This document shows, in pieces, positions 56,907-58,347 of a DNA stretch of 58,347 nucleotides (positions within the stretch are counted from its first letter, which is position 1; every line of letters begins with the position of its first letter). This stretch comes from Candidatus Bathyarchaeota archaeon. Its GTDB lineage: Archaea > Thermoproteota > Bathyarchaeia > TCS64. The position numbers and the translations under genes were made by a program. The DNA lies in contig JBDRQD010000038.1 in assembly GCA_043826455.1 (NCBI GenBank), positions 1 to 58,347 of the forward strand, in the 5' to 3' direction. The notes under the pieces are model-generated. The model worked only from the letters and a program-made list of their open reading frames with translations, was not told the origin of the DNA and did no database searches.

Positions 56907-57167
56907 ATGAGCGTCAGTATCAAGGATCTTGACGAGAACGCCTACAGGAACCTCAAAGCCGAAGCCATCCGCCACGGCATGAGGGTAAGCGAAGCCGCAA
57001 CCGAAGCCTTCAGACTCTGGGTCGCCTCCAAGAGACAGACACGCCAAAGAGACCAGGAACGCATGCGGAAAGCGGCAGAAGACATGGATACACTAAGAAG
57101 CCAAGGCAAGGTTGCGTGGTCCGGGGCTGAGGAGATAAGGAGATGGCGGGACGAACGGAAGCGGTAG
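56907..57167 (+). CDS. vapB: Antitoxin (VapB-like, RHH-type N-terminus)
   Basis: 'SVSIKDLDENAYRNLKAEA...SEAATEA', 'WSGAEEIRRWRD'; overlaps the PIN gene. Confidence 0.8.
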   Translation: MSVSIKDLDENAYRNLKAEAIRHGMRVSEAATEAFRLWVASKRQTRQRDQERMRKAAEDMDTLRSQGKVAWSGAEEIRRWRDERKR

Positions 57168-57559
57168 TCGACGCCTCCACAGCCATTAAATGGCTATCAG
57201 AGGAAGAGGGAACCCCCGCCGCCCTAAAACTGAGAGAAGAACACATAGAGGGAACCACATTCCTATCCGCCCCCAATCTACTCCTCTACGAGCTGGCCAA
57301 CGCCCTCCGATACAGACCAGACTTCGACGACGAGAAAGTGACGCAGGCCCTATACAGTGTCATCGACCTCCAGATCGACCTGATAACCCCTGGAAGGGAG
57401 CTCCTGCAACAATCCGCCAAAGACGCATACCTCTACGATACAACAGTGTACGACTCATGTTACCTTGCCCTCGGTGAACTCATGGGGGTCGAAGTTTACA
57501 CGTCTGACAGAAAGTTTTACGAGAAGGCTAAGGGCTCAAACATACTAAGGCTCATATAA
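57143..57559 (+). CDS. vapC: VapC PIN-domain toxin
   Basis: 'VVDASTAIKW', 'YELANAL', 'YDSCYLALG', 'TSD'. Confidence 0.92.
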   Translation: MAGRTEAVVDASTAIKWLSEEEGTPAALKLREEHIEGTTFLSAPNLLLYELANALRYRPDFDDEKVTQALYSVIDLQIDLITPGRELLQQSAKDAYLYDTTVYDSCYLALGELMGVEVYTSDRKFYEKAKGSNILRLI

Positions 57560-57757
57560 CTCCAAAGCTGCACGCGCTTCAGTGCAAGCATATTAATTCA
57601 GACATCATCTAACCTGGATTCATCCCAGAATGACATTGCACAATTCGTTTTGAATTAAGCCTTAACAGTTCTCGTACTAGTTTATGTTCAATGGTGAGAG
57701 CTTAGACACCTTAAATGCATGCACAAGCCTCCAGGGTTCAATATAGGAATTTTGGAC

Positions 57758-57997
57758 TTACGACTGTTTTAAGACCTTTAGAAGCTGCTGTCCCCGGTCT
57801 GTTAACCGATACAGGCCTCGGCTAGGACGCTCAACGTACCCGTTTGACAATAGCCAGTTGAGGACTGATTGTATCAACCAGGGAGTGGATGACCCTGTCA
57901 CCTTCTTCGCAAGCAGGGTCCATCTGATGGGTGAGTGTTCAAGCTCCACGAGTATGAGCCTTATGGTTTCAAGCCGCTCATCGAACCTCTTAGCCAT
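57758..57997 (-). CDS. Small winged-helix protein
   Basis: 'LNWLLSNGYVER..RGLYRLTDRG'. Confidence 0.75.
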   Translation of the reverse strand: MAKRFDERLETIRLILVELEHSPIRWTLLAKKVTGSSTPWLIQSVLNWLLSNGYVERPSRGLYRLTDRGQQLLKVLKQS

Positions 57998-58346
57998 CAA
58001 CTTTGTATCTCTCTTCTTCGTTGATGACAGAGTAGGAGCTGGACGCTATCACTTTCTTTGAGTAAAGACGGGTTATGCGGTCGATCTCACTTCGTAGAAC
58101 CTCGAGGAGGTTTCCGCTGTTCTCACTGTACTCGCCTATTGCAGAGCTAGCCGGCTGCCGCAGCCTGATGGTGTAAGCTGTCATGATGACGCTGAGCTTC
58201 TTTATTAGAGGGTCTGAGCCTTCCTGAGGACCAAGGCGTTTATCGATATCGGCGTCGCTGAACTGAATGATAGTCTCTATGTCCACGTCGGTTAAACTTG
58301 TATGGATCACTCTTCTAACCTCGGCCGCAGTGCTGTAGGGCGTCTC
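57990..58346 (-). CDS. Head-tail adaptor-like protein (HK97 gp6/SPP1 gp15-like), 5' truncated by window
   Basis: Frame is open to the window edge: ETPYSTAAEVRRVIHTSLTDVDIETIIQFSDADIDKRL, the Y-x-T-x-x-E-V-R...D...I start typical of adaptors. Confidence 0.55.
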   Translation of the reverse strand, partial: ETPYSTAAEVRRVIHTSLTDVDIETIIQFSDADIDKRLGPQEGSDPLIKKLSVIMTAYTIRLRQPASSAIGEYSENSGNLLEVLRSEIDRITRLYSKKVIASSSYSVINEEERYKVDG

Positions 58347-58347
58347 G

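Larger units (their letters stand above)
47833..58347. mobile_element. Integrated head-tail-type provirus or virus-derived element, continuing past the window end; left boundary uncertain
   Basis: TerL, TerS candidate, head-tail-adaptor-like gene, ABC-GNAT, VapBC, AT-rich arm with DGQHR and small regulators; no att site or integrase seen. Confidence 0.72.

Noticed and set aside
1..58347. CRISPR array, rRNA genes, IS transposases
   Set aside because: No regularly spaced repeats, rRNA-like segments or transposase ORFs were seen.

Overview
This is a GC-rich archaeal chromosomal segment. Leaderless/GGTGA-type starts, an A1Ao ATP synthase, LipS1/LipS2, a TackOD1-like regulator and a FlaK/PibD peptidase suggest TACK, probably Bathyarchaeia (inference). 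The first ~47 kb are mostly host genes: HtpX, NfeD-stomatin, a divergent A-type ATP synthase operon (I-K-H-E-C-F-A-B-D) with a triplicated c subunit carrying three Na+-type sites, tRNA-Ala(GGC), transketolase/transaldolase, PPAT, class II HMG-CoA reductase, GH116, a lipoate cluster, copA/copZ, a two-component pair and amidohydrolases. From ~47.8 kb to the window end lies a virus-like element. It has an AT-rich arm (DGQHR protein, RHH and wHTH regulators) and a minus-strand packaging module: a head-tail-adaptor-like gene, an ABC-ATPase/GNAT fusion, a TerS candidate, and a TerL with an atypical Walker B and a Cys4 insertion. Between these genes, on the opposite strand, sits a cassette encoding a tubulin/FtsZ-family GTPase with a C-terminal winged-helix-like domain plus a VapBC pair. 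This provirus-borne tubulin cassette is the best candidate for an undescribed system. Three small elements missing from the ORF track were read by hand: a 34-aa classical C2H2 zinc finger, a 55-aa RHH-like protein, and a possible integrase remnant. All family calls are by motif recognition only; no searches were run.
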